Shown here one piece after another: positions 35,657 through 44,392 of a stretch of DNA of 64,000 nucleotides. The position numbers were made by a program, and so were the translations under genes. Source of the DNA: Dehalococcoidia bacterium (lineage in GTDB: Bacteria; Chloroflexota; Dehalococcoidia; Plut-88900); NCBI GenBank assembly GCA_965197645.1, contig OZ240219.1, positions 1,120,001 through 1,184,000 of the forward strand, written 5' to 3'. Below the pieces are notes generated by a model. It was not told the origin of the DNA. It made no database searches and worked only from the letters and a program-made list of their open reading frames with translations. Each line of letters opens with the position of its first letter. Position 1 is the stretch's first letter.

Positions 35657-37582
35657 TTACTGCCTGGCGGGAGCGTCCTCCGTGAACCAGGACTCCAGGA
35701 AGGTGTAGCCCTGGTGGGCTGATCCCTTCATTCCGCCGGCGTTCTTGAGGTAGTCCGGATAAACGTTCTCGCTTATCCAGTGGGGAGTCGGCCACCAGTA
35801 CAGCTTCACAGCGAAGAGCTTCTGGAGGTCCTCCACTATCTTCCTCTTGGTTTCATCGTCTCTTGCCGCGAACCCGGCGTCAATCAGCTCTACAAACTCG
35901 GGGTCATCGACCTTCTGGAGGTTGTTCGCGTTGCCGGGGTAGAAGAAGTTGTAGTAGAAGTCAATGGGATCCGGGAAGGTCTGGAGAGTCCAGTCGTAGG
36001 CTATATCGCCGGGCCAGTCATCAAAGTCGCCCCAGATCTGATCGTACATCTCGCCGTAGTCTATGACCTTGAGATCTACGTCCATTCCCAGCTCTTTAGC
36101 GTTGGCCTGGAACACCGATGCGTTCTGCTCGAAGAACTCTTCCACGCGGTGGGTGAACATTTTTACCTGTATCGGATCGCCAATCTGAAACCCCTCGGGG
36201 GCCAGCCCCTCATCTATCAGCTCCTGCAGCCCCTCGTTGAACAGTACCTTGGCCCCTTCGACGTCCGCGGTCATGGTGCCCTCCGCATCCGTCGGGAAGT
36301 AGGCTGCCCCCTCGCCCAGCTCATCGAGGGGGACGAACCAGGGATGGACGGCGATCAGGTCCCTGGTCTCGACCACGGCGCCGCCGAACCATAGCTGGGG
36401 ACTGCGGTCTATGATCATGTTTATCGCCTGCCGCACCTTCTGGTTCATGAAGGGGAAAGTTGTCAGCTTTGGTACGATGTACACCTCGGTGGTGAACTGC
36501 TCTACCACCTGCCGGTGGTCCGCTATCAGATCGGGCCTATCCTGCAGTGCGTTCAAGCTCTCCGGGTCGGCCGACCACCAGCCCCAGTAGTAGTAGGCTG
36601 GGCCCACGTCCAGCTCGCCGCTCCGGTACATGGATATCTTGGTCGCATCTTCGGCGACGAACAGCACTTCGATGTTGTCTATGTAGGGCAGGTTCTCACC
36701 GGTTACCCCGTTGGGCCCCCGCCAGTAGTCCGGGTTCCTCTCGTAGTACTGTCTAACCCCGAACTCGTGCTCCACCAGGATCCACGGCCCCGTGCCTATC
36801 ACCGACTCCGGGGTCTCCAAGGTGCCGAGCTCATGCAGCACCTCGGGCGCCTCGATAACGAAGTAGTGATAGGCGGCGTAGCCGAGAAGGCCGGACCAGG
36901 GCCTCTTGAGGCTGAACACCACGGTGTAGTTGTCCGGTGCTTCGACGCTGTCGACGAAGCCCAGTACGCCCGAGAGGGGCGAGATCTCGTTCATGTAGCG
37001 GTTGTAGGAGAACACCACGTCGTCGGCCACCAGCTCCCGGCCGTTTACCGGAGGTATGTTCTGCCACTTGACGCCCTTCCTCAGGTGGAAGGTGACGGTT
37101 AGCCCGTCTTCGCTTATCTCCCAGGACTCGGCCAGGTCGGGGTAGGGGGACAGGTCGGAAGAGTCGTGGGGGTCGCAGATGTGATACGTGATCAGCTTGT
37201 TGTGGGTAAAGCTCTTTGTGGCGGCCGCTTCCCAGGCGTTGTACTGGGAGGTGTCGTAGGTTCCCGGGTCGTAGCCGGTCATGGTGAGGGTACCGCCGTG
37301 AAGGGGCTCGGCGCCTTCCGGCGTGCACACCGGAGGCAAGCCGCCCGTCTGGAGGACCGTCTCATCCATCGCCTCATCTTCCATCACCATCTCGTCGTCC
37401 GGTTCCTCCTCCATCACTTCCTCTTCCATTACCTCCTCAACCGGCGTCTCCTCCACCGCTTCCTCCATTACTTCGGGCGCTGTCGTAGGTTCTGTGGCTT
37501 CCTCGCCACAGGCCAGCGCCACCAGGGCGATAACGACGACGATGCTGGTGAGTAACCAGAGCCGCCTGTTCAGTAGTTTCAT
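35657..37582 (-). CDS. ABC transporter substrate-binding lipoprotein, family 5 (copy 4)
   Basis: 641 aa paralog with a shorter acidic linker. Confidence 0.93.
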   Translation of the reverse strand: MKLLNRRLWLLTSIVVVIALVALACGEEATEPTTAPEVMEEAVEETPVEEVMEEEVMEEEPDDEMVMEDEAMDETVLQTGGLPPVCTPEGAEPLHGGTLTMTGYDPGTYDTSQYNAWEAAATKSFTHNKLITYHICDPHDSSDLSPYPDLAESWEISEDGLTVTFHLRKGVKWQNIPPVNGRELVADDVVFSYNRYMNEISPLSGVLGFVDSVEAPDNYTVVFSLKRPWSGLLGYAAYHYFVIEAPEVLHELGTLETPESVIGTGPWILVEHEFGVRQYYERNPDYWRGPNGVTGENLPYIDNIEVLFVAEDATKISMYRSGELDVGPAYYYWGWWSADPESLNALQDRPDLIADHRQVVEQFTTEVYIVPKLTTFPFMNQKVRQAINMIIDRSPQLWFGGAVVETRDLIAVHPWFVPLDELGEGAAYFPTDAEGTMTADVEGAKVLFNEGLQELIDEGLAPEGFQIGDPIQVKMFTHRVEEFFEQNASVFQANAKELGMDVDLKVIDYGEMYDQIWGDFDDWPGDIAYDWTLQTFPDPIDFYYNFFYPGNANNLQKVDDPEFVELIDAGFAARDDETKRKIVEDLQKLFAVKLYWWPTPHWISENVYPDYLKNAGGMKGSAHQGYTFLESWFTEDAPARQ

Positions 37583-37799
37583 TCTCTCGCCTCCTGTGTG
37601 ATCATACTAAGTTCTCCACTACCCGCAGTCCTGGCTACGGCAGGAATCTGGCGGGAAGGGACTGGTTGTTGACGACGTTACTGCTACATTGGCTATCTCC
37701 TACCTGTTCTCGGTCGGAGGAGAATGGTGGCAGCCAATAGTGGGGTTTCGTGAAAGCTGTTCGCGGCATTTTCCTTCGGTGCCAATACGTTGTCAACAA
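37583..37799 (-). promoter_or_regulatory. Promoter and diverged but homologous leader of SBP copy 4
   Basis: -35 at 37791-37796, -10-like at 37768-37773, AGGAG-7nt-ATGTAGCAGTAA at 37678-37701. TTGTCAACAA palindrome overlaps the -35. Confidence 0.68.
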
Positions 37800-38029
37800 T
37801 GTGTATGATTTCACAAAGCTTACCGGGAGATGGCACCGCACATGTAGGCCTTCACTATGTCCGGCTGCCTCTTGTTGCCTGCGGTGAAGGAGCGCCCTCT
37901 GAAGCGTGCAATATGGTAGCATGTGCATCTCAATAGCTACCCAGAAGCCCATCTTGAAACCTCCGCCTACCGCCAGGTGATACGATAAGTTCCTGGAGTG
38001 GCGGCAACCGTGGAAAGGGAAGGTGAGCC

Positions 38030-39718
38030 ATGAGAGAGTACGATCTGGTAATCAGGGGCGGAACGATAGTGGATGGAACGGGCATTCCTCGCTACAGGGC
38101 GGACCTGGCGGTCAAGGACGGTCGGGTGGCCAACATCAGCGGCAAGATCCCGGCGGGCAACGCCAAGGAGATAGATGCCGGCGGATGCATCGTGGCGCCC
38201 GGGGCCATCGACCTCCACACCCACTACGATGCACAGCTCAACTGGGACCCTTACGCCACCCTTTCGGGCTGGTTCGGGGTCACCTCTCTCACCATCGGAC
38301 AGTGTGGCTTCGGATTCGCGCCCACCAGGCCCCAAGACCGGGAGCTCAACATGCGCATGATGAATCGCATAGAGGCCATTCCGTTGGAGTCCATGCGATT
38401 GGGAATGCGGTGGGACTGGGAGACCTTCCCCGAGTATCTCGATAGCCTGGACCGGCAGGCCCTGGGGGTGAACGTGGGAGCACTGTTCCCCTTCTCGCCC
38501 CTGAGAGGATATGTGCTGGGGATGATCCCGTCCCGGGAGAGGACATCGGTTACGGACGAGGAGTTGAACGAGATGAAGCGCCTCTTCCACGAGGCCATGG
38601 AGGCCGGCGCCTTTGGCTTCTCCACGGACATGAACACGGGGGATAGGCCGGAAGATGGGTCCTGGCTGCCCAGCCACGTGGCCTCCAACGAGGAGTACAC
38701 GGCTCTCGCAGAGGTGCTTACCGAGTTCGGAGTGGGGCACATCGGCTGGACCATTGCTAATTCCGGGGGCCTCCCTCCCGAGAAGAGTCCGAGTCGACAG
38801 CGTGAGGTGATGACCCAGCTGATGAGGATCAGTGGCCGGCCCCTGCACGTGCTCTTGGAGCAGGAATCGGCCCGGGACGCGTGGGTGGCGGAGATGCGGG
38901 CCGAGGGGCTGCCTCTAATGACCCAGGAGTTGGTCATGGAGGTCAATGCCGAGTTCAAGCTGGCGGAGTACAACCTCTTCGATACTCTGCCCAGCTGGGT
39001 GGATCCGCTGGTCGGCACAGTCGAGGAACGGGTCATCAAGCTGCGGGACCCCGACACCCGGGCCGCCATGAAGAAAGACGCCGACGAGCAGGCCCTGCTC
39101 CGTACCGACTGGACCAGGATCACCGTCCTGGAGACGATCCACGAGCGGAACTACAAGTATGACGGGCTAACTATCGAAGAGGTAGCCCGCATGCAGGACA
39201 AGCATCCTCTGGACGCCTTCCTGGACCTGGCCCTGGACGAGGCGCTGGAGACCCAGTTTGCCCACGCTGTGGACCCCGAGCCGTTGGAGCAGAATGTCCT
39301 GAACCCCTATGGACACATCTCAGTGTCCGATGGCGGCGCCCACACCAGGTACCTCACCACCGCTACCTGGCCCGTGGAGTTCCTTACCCACTGGGTCCGG
39401 GACAAGGAGATAATGAGTCTGGAGCAAGCCCATTACAAGATGAGCTCGCTCCCCGCCTGGTTCGCCGATTTCAAGGACCGGGGCGCTCTCCGCATAGGGG
39501 CCTGGGCCGATATCATGGTCTACGACCAGCAGGAGCTAGGCTTCCTCTACGACAGGATGGTCTACGCCAACGACTTTCCGGGCGGCGAGCGCCGGGTGAT
39601 ACAGAAGCCCACGGGCCTTCGTTACACCCTGGTCAACGGCGCCGTGACCTTCGAGGACAACGAGTGCACAGGCGCACTGCCGGGCGTGCTGCTGCGCAGC
39701 TACGACATGGTAGTCTGA
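38030..39718 (+). CDS. N-acyl-D-amino-acid deacylase family amidohydrolase
   Basis: DLVIRGGTIVDGTG, APGAIDLHTHYD, GQCGFGFAP, SDGGAH and LVNG motifs. Confidence 0.9.
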   Translation: MREYDLVIRGGTIVDGTGIPRYRADLAVKDGRVANISGKIPAGNAKEIDAGGCIVAPGAIDLHTHYDAQLNWDPYATLSGWFGVTSLTIGQCGFGFAPTRPQDRELNMRMMNRIEAIPLESMRLGMRWDWETFPEYLDSLDRQALGVNVGALFPFSPLRGYVLGMIPSRERTSVTDEELNEMKRLFHEAMEAGAFGFSTDMNTGDRPEDGSWLPSHVASNEEYTALAEVLTEFGVGHIGWTIANSGGLPPEKSPSRQREVMTQLMRISGRPLHVLLEQESARDAWVAEMRAEGLPLMTQELVMEVNAEFKLAEYNLFDTLPSWVDPLVGTVEERVIKLRDPDTRAAMKKDADEQALLRTDWTRITVLETIHERNYKYDGLTIEEVARMQDKHPLDAFLDLALDEALETQFAHAVDPEPLEQNVLNPYGHISVSDGGAHTRYLTTATWPVEFLTHWVRDKEIMSLEQAHYKMSSLPAWFADFKDRGALRIGAWADIMVYDQQELGFLYDRMVYANDFPGGERRVIQKPTGLRYTLVNGAVTFEDNECTGALPGVLLRSYDMVV

Positions 39719-39735
39719 TTGCAAATCTGTCGGAT

Positions 39736-39830
39736 GTAGGGAGAGTCCAGAAGGACACTTCCCTCTGGCAGGGGGATTGGGGGATGTGCCCCCAGGTATA
39801 AACCCATCCCGGTGTGGGGTGGAGGGGGAC
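39736..39830 (+). repeat. REP-like palindromic repeat, family A
   Basis: CCAGAAGG..CCCTCTGG plus GGGGGATTGGGGGATGTGCCCCCAG; similar to 42184-42260, 45787-45870 and 45670-45728 (reverse). Confidence 0.65.
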
Positions 39831-39871
39831 AAAAGCACCGATGCTTTTGAGACAAGCTCAGGAGAGTGCCA

Positions 39872-40723
39872 ATGATCAGCGAAGAGCAGGTCAAGCAGTA
39901 TCGTGAGGATGGGTACCTGGTCGTCAAGAACGTCCTGTCGAAGGACGAGGTGGCCGAGCTCGGCCGGGTTACCGACGAGTTCCGGGAGAAGTCTCGAGAG
40001 GCAACCGAGCACACGGGCGTCTTCGATCTCGAACCCGACCACACCCCGGAGGACCCCAAGCTCCGTCGCATAAAATCGCCCCACGAGCATCACCCCGTTT
40101 ACGAAGCCGCCCGTTGCAACGAGAGAATCCTCGACGTCGTCGAGCATCTCGTGGGTCCGGGTGTTCGATTCTTCGAGACGAAGCTCAACATGAAATGCCC
40201 CGAGGGCGGCAGCCAGGTGGAGTGGCACACCGACTGGGGTTTCTACCCCCACACCAACGATGACATCGTCGCGGTGGGCATCTCCCTGGATGACATGGAG
40301 ATCGAAAACGGGTGCATGATGGTGATGCCCGGCTCCCACACCGGCCCCCACTGGAGTCACCACGAGGACGGGGTGTTTATAGGCGCCGTCTCCGAAGAGG
40401 CGTTCGACATGGAGTACGCGGCCCCTGTGACCATGAAGGCGGGAGACATCTCCGTGCATCACGTGCGACTGCTCCACGGGTCAGCACCCAACGTCTCGGA
40501 GAGGCCCAGACGCCTTCTTCTTCAGAGCTACACGGCCCTCGACGCCTTTCCCCTCAGCGGCATCGCCGACTGGGACGTGTGGAACGACATGATCCTCCGT
40601 GGCGAGCCCACGTTCGAACCCCGCTTGGAGAAGGTGCCGGTCCACTTCCCGCTGCCAATGCCCGACCGTGTTGGCTCCATCTTCGAGCTGCAGACCCAGA
40701 TGAAGAAGTCCCACTACAAGTAG
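39872..40723 (+). CDS. Phytanoyl-CoA dioxygenase (PhyH) family Fe(II)/2OG dioxygenase
   Basis: QYREDGYLV, WHTD (HxD), PGSH and LLHGS..N..R motifs; AGGAG 7 nt upstream. Confidence 0.92.
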   Translation: MISEEQVKQYREDGYLVVKNVLSKDEVAELGRVTDEFREKSREATEHTGVFDLEPDHTPEDPKLRRIKSPHEHHPVYEAARCNERILDVVEHLVGPGVRFFETKLNMKCPEGGSQVEWHTDWGFYPHTNDDIVAVGISLDDMEIENGCMMVMPGSHTGPHWSHHEDGVFIGAVSEEAFDMEYAAPVTMKAGDISVHHVRLLHGSAPNVSERPRRLLLQSYTALDAFPLSGIADWDVWNDMILRGEPTFEPRLEKVPVHFPLPMPDRVGSIFELQTQMKKSHYK

Positions 40724-40796
40724 CCGGCCCCGCTTACGCCCGCGCGTCTATGCGCCGGCTTTTCACCGCCCACCACCGGAACGTAAGGAGGAGATC

Positions 40797-41798
40797 ATGG
40801 GAGGATACGCAGAGCTCGAACAGCGACTGGCTGACGGCGAAGTGCTGGTTCTGGACGGGGCCATCGGCACCGAGATTACCAGGCTGGGCGCCCCGGCTCA
40901 TCCCATAGCCTGGACCGCCGAGGCCCTGTTCACCCATCCTCACACCGTGCGCCACATGCACGAGCGCTACATCAAGGCCGGGGCCGACATCATTATGACC
41001 AACACCTTCGGCAGCCACCGGGACGTGCTGGAGGCCTCCGGCTACGGCACCCAGGTTCGGGAGGCCAATATCCGAGCCGTCTACCTGGCCCAGGAGGCCG
41101 TTGCCAGGGCCGCAGGCGGCAGGTCCGTCTACATAGCGGGTTCCATCAGCGACCGGCACGTGGGGCGAGAGGTACACACGGGCGCTCTCCGAGCCATGAG
41201 CGGCGACGGATATCATCTGGACCCAATCCTCAAAGAGGCCTACTACGACGAGATGGTCGACCACCTTGCCGAGATGGGCGTGGACTTCTTCCTGCTGGAG
41301 AACCTGTCCGATCATCCGGCGAGGAAGATGTGTCTGGACGCCGCTAAGCGCTCGGGCCTGCCGGTCTGGTCCAGCATCAGCCAGGTATACGAAGAGGATG
41401 ACAAGCTTCTGGTCAGCGATCGGGAGAGAGACGATCTTACCTTGGACGAGAGCCTGGAAGACATGATGTCCTGGGGCGGCCAGGCGGCGATGACCATCAT
41501 GCACGCCGAGATCCCCGAGACCACTCTTGGTCTGGAGGTGCTCAGCGAGAAATGGGACGGGCCCATGGCGGCCTACCCGGACTCGTTGCGGCCGGACTGG
41601 CTGACCACCTGGCAGGACCTGTCCATCCAGAACGCGGAATCGCCCCAGGACTTCGTGGCCGAGGCGAAGAAGTGGGTCGAGATGGGGGTCCAGGTGATCG
41701 GGACATGCTGTGGGTTCGGTGTAGAGTACATCGAGCCGCTGAAGGAAGGGTTGCCCAGCCACATCCCGACGCCGCGCAACGTGAAGAAGGCGGCCTGA
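40797..41798 (+). CDS. Homocysteine S-methyltransferase family protein
   Basis: VLDGAIGTE, HERYIKAGADIIMTNTF, IAGSIS and IGTCCG motifs. Confidence 0.9.
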   Translation: MGGYAELEQRLADGEVLVLDGAIGTEITRLGAPAHPIAWTAEALFTHPHTVRHMHERYIKAGADIIMTNTFGSHRDVLEASGYGTQVREANIRAVYLAQEAVARAAGGRSVYIAGSISDRHVGREVHTGALRAMSGDGYHLDPILKEAYYDEMVDHLAEMGVDFFLLENLSDHPARKMCLDAAKRSGLPVWSSISQVYEEDDKLLVSDRERDDLTLDESLEDMMSWGGQAAMTIMHAEIPETTLGLEVLSEKWDGPMAAYPDSLRPDWLTTWQDLSIQNAESPQDFVAEAKKWVEMGVQVIGTCCGFGVEYIEPLKEGLPSHIPTPRNVKKAA

Positions 41799-41915
41799 AC
41801 CCCCTCCGGGCTGGAAATCGAGGGATACTTCACCGGCTCGTTGCAAAACCGGCGTGGGGTGGGGCTCCCATTCATCAGCCCAACCCTCTTGAAACGTGGT
41901 CCTAACCACCCTGGC

Positions 41916-42040
41916 TAGATTGCCACGCCCCGACATTGTCGGGGCTCGCAATGACGAAGGTATGGATTCAATCTGACGGTAGTCGTCGTTGCGAGCGAGG
42001 GGGAGTTGGTCTTGGTGGGTTGAAGAGAGCGAAGCAATCC
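41916..42040. repeat. Two inverted GTCATTGCGAG...GCAATC-type REP/RPE-like palindromic elements
   Basis: Minus GTCATTGCGAGCCCCGACAATGTCGGGGCGTGGCAATCT at 41917-41955; plus GTCGTTGCGAGC...GAGCGAAGCAATCC at 41985-42040. Confidence 0.7.
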
Positions 42041-42183
42041 AGCCCGCTTCGCTCCTCTGCGCACCTCGTGTTTCATCGGGCTGCTAACACTCGACCCCGA
42101 ACCCGTTGTCTCCTTGATATAGGCCGGCACTATCTTCTACCTGCCAAGAGTGCGGGATGTCGCGCTCTCTTCTCTCATGTTAT

Positions 42184-42260
42184 GGGTGCAGGGTCTCGCC
42201 CTGCCAGAGGCAGGGGGTTTAGGGGATGTCCCCCGGATACACCACGTCCCAGGGCGGATA
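42184..42260 (+). repeat. REP-like palindromic repeat, family A
   Basis: GCAGGG..CCCTGCC plus GGGGGTTTAGGGGATGTCCCCCGG and GTCCCAGGGCGG. Confidence 0.6.
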
Positions 42261-42323
42261 GTCTCGAAGGACAGCTGCCAGGCCTACCGGGAGACCCGCC
42301 CGCGCTGATATACTGGTGCAGCC

Positions 42324-43139
42324 ATGACATCCACCAAGTACACCGACGTGAACCGTACCAACTGGGACGAACGGGTCCCAGTCCACGTGGCATCCGAGAT
42401 GTATGCCGTGGAGGGGTTCATGGCCGGCGGCAATCCCCTGCCCGCCGTGCAGATGGACGAGCTAGGCGACGTGCGAGGCAGGACGATGGTGCACCTCCAG
42501 TGCCACATCGGTCTCGATACACTGTCCTGGACCAGGTTGGGCGCCGAAGTGACGGGTATCGATTTCTCACCGCAGGCCATAGAGGCGGCGCGGAGAATAA
42601 GCGAGGAGTCGGGGGTGGCGGGCCGCTTCATCGAAGGGGACGTGTACCAGACGCACCTTCTGCTGGAGCGACAGTTCGACATCGTTTACACGGGGGTGGG
42701 AGCGCTGTGCTGGCTGCCCGATGTCAAAAGGTGGGCGGAGGTGGTGGGCCGGCTTCTAAACCCCGGCGGGACGTTCTATATCCACGAGTTTCATCCGGTC
42801 CTCTGGGCTCTCGACGCCGACCGCACGGACGGAGTCCTCGCCATGACCGAGCCTTACTTCGAGACCGCCGAACCCAACAGGTGGGAAGGGATTGGCACCT
42901 ATGCCGACGAGAACGCCACCTTCGAGAGCACGGTGACCTACGAATGGAATCACGGCATGGGCGAGATCATCACCTCGCTGATTCAAGCCGGTCTCCGCAT
43001 AGAGTTTCTACACGAGCAGCCGACGTGCGTCATCTCGGTGTTGCCGGGCATGATCGAGACCGAGGAAGGCTGGGTCCTGCCGGGAAAGACCATGCAAGCA
43101 CCAATGATGTATTCGATCAGGGCGGTAAAGACGGGTTGA
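42324..43139 (+). CDS. Class I SAM-dependent methyltransferase
   Basis: HLQCHIGLDT, TGIDFS, FDIVYTGVGALCWLPD and LNPGG motifs. Confidence 0.88.
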   Translation: MTSTKYTDVNRTNWDERVPVHVASEMYAVEGFMAGGNPLPAVQMDELGDVRGRTMVHLQCHIGLDTLSWTRLGAEVTGIDFSPQAIEAARRISEESGVAGRFIEGDVYQTHLLLERQFDIVYTGVGALCWLPDVKRWAEVVGRLLNPGGTFYIHEFHPVLWALDADRTDGVLAMTEPYFETAEPNRWEGIGTYADENATFESTVTYEWNHGMGEIITSLIQAGLRIEFLHEQPTCVISVLPGMIETEEGWVLPGKTMQAPMMYSIRAVKTG

Positions 43140-43165
43140 CCAAGCCCTAGTCCAGGATGGTGAAC

Positions 43166-44377
43166 ATGAGCGTGTTGATCAAGGACTGCAATATCATAGA
43201 TGCCACTTCGCCGGACGTGCGGCGGGGCCGGCACGTACTGATCGAAGACGGAACGATCACAAAGGTCGGGGCCGGCGCCGGCCCATCGGCCGATACCGTG
43301 ATCGACGCCGGAGGGGCCTGCCTGTTGCCCGGGCTGTGGGACGTCCACACCCACCTGACCAAAGGCGCCTGGGGACAGGAGTATGAGGAGGAGGTAGCCG
43401 AGGGGCCGCCCAAGCTGGTCGCCAACAACGGCCGCAATGCTATGGAGGCGTTGAAGGCCGGCGTTACCTCTATGCGGGTTGTCGGCATAGCCGATTGGGC
43501 GGATATAGCCTGGCGGGATGCCTTCAACTCGGGGCAGTTGGTCGGGCCGCGGTTGTTTTGCTGTGGACACAGCCTGGACACTCCCGCCGGCCACGGCGGC
43601 GGATCCGGGATGGCGGCGACAGTCAACGGCCCCCTGGCGATAACCAATGCGGTCCGCAACGAGATAATGCACGGCGTAGACCAGATAAAGCTCATTACCA
43701 CCGGCGGGATCATGGGTACCGGCCACGATGTTATGCATCACGTGATGTGGACGAGGGAAGAGGTCGAGGCGGCTATCGGCATCGCCCGAATGAGGGGAGT
43801 GGCGGTGGCCACCCACGCCACCGCTCCCCAGGCCGTCAAGTGGGCCGTCCAGGCGGGGACCCACTCCCTGGAGCACGGGTACATCCTGGACGAGGAAGCG
43901 GCGCAGATGATAGTGGACAACGGTGTTTACTACGTGCCCACCCTGGCCCTAAGCCATCTGACCGAAGAACAGGCGGAAAGCCCCGCTCATCGCTCCTACT
44001 GCCAGGCCCATAAGCTTCCCGAAGAGTTCGCCGAGAGGGCCGATCAGTTCGCCCCGACTCACGAGAAATCGTTCCGCATGGCCCTGGAGGCCGGCGCCAA
44101 GATAGCCTCCGGGTCCGACGAAGGGCCGCCCAGGGAGGCCGCTCTCCTGGAGATAGAGTTCCTGTCCCGCGGTGGCCTCGGCCCTCACGGCGCCATAGTG
44201 GCTGCAACCCAGACCGCGGCCGAGGTCTGCGAGGTGGGAGACAGGATCGGCACTATCGAAGAAGGCAAGCTGGCTGATATGATACTTGTCGAAGACAATC
44301 CCCTGGACGATATCCAGAATCTGCATAAGCTGCTGCTGGTGTTGAAGGGCGGCGCGGTGGTGACGGACAACAGATAG
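43166..44377 (+). CDS. Amidohydrolase family protein (Xaa-Pro dipeptidase/ochratoxinase-like), paralog 1
   Basis: LPGLWDVHTHL, DQIKL, ATHA, LEHG and GSD motifs. Start placed by alignment with paralog 2. Confidence 0.9.
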   Translation: MSVLIKDCNIIDATSPDVRRGRHVLIEDGTITKVGAGAGPSADTVIDAGGACLLPGLWDVHTHLTKGAWGQEYEEEVAEGPPKLVANNGRNAMEALKAGVTSMRVVGIADWADIAWRDAFNSGQLVGPRLFCCGHSLDTPAGHGGGSGMAATVNGPLAITNAVRNEIMHGVDQIKLITTGGIMGTGHDVMHHVMWTREEVEAAIGIARMRGVAVATHATAPQAVKWAVQAGTHSLEHGYILDEEAAQMIVDNGVYYVPTLALSHLTEEQAESPAHRSYCQAHKLPEEFAERADQFAPTHEKSFRMALEAGAKIASGSDEGPPREAALLEIEFLSRGGLGPHGAIVAATQTAAEVCEVGDRIGTIEEGKLADMILVEDNPLDDIQNLHKLLLVLKGGAVVTDNR

Positions 44378-44392
44378 TAGACGGGAATCGCT

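Noticed and set aside
28777-37799. CRISPR array or DGR interpretation of the repeated leaders and paralogs
   Set aside because: Repeats are about 2.3 kb apart and separated by full genes. No cas or reverse transcriptase gene is present, and differences are not adenine-specific.
37635-37952. 105-aa minus-strand ORF upstream of SBP copy 4
   Set aside because: It spans the promoter and leader, and its frame is not conserved in the homologous leaders.
41936-43150. 404-aa ORF across the repeat cluster
   Set aside because: It is out of frame with the real methyltransferase, is Arg/Gly-rich, and has no transposase motifs.
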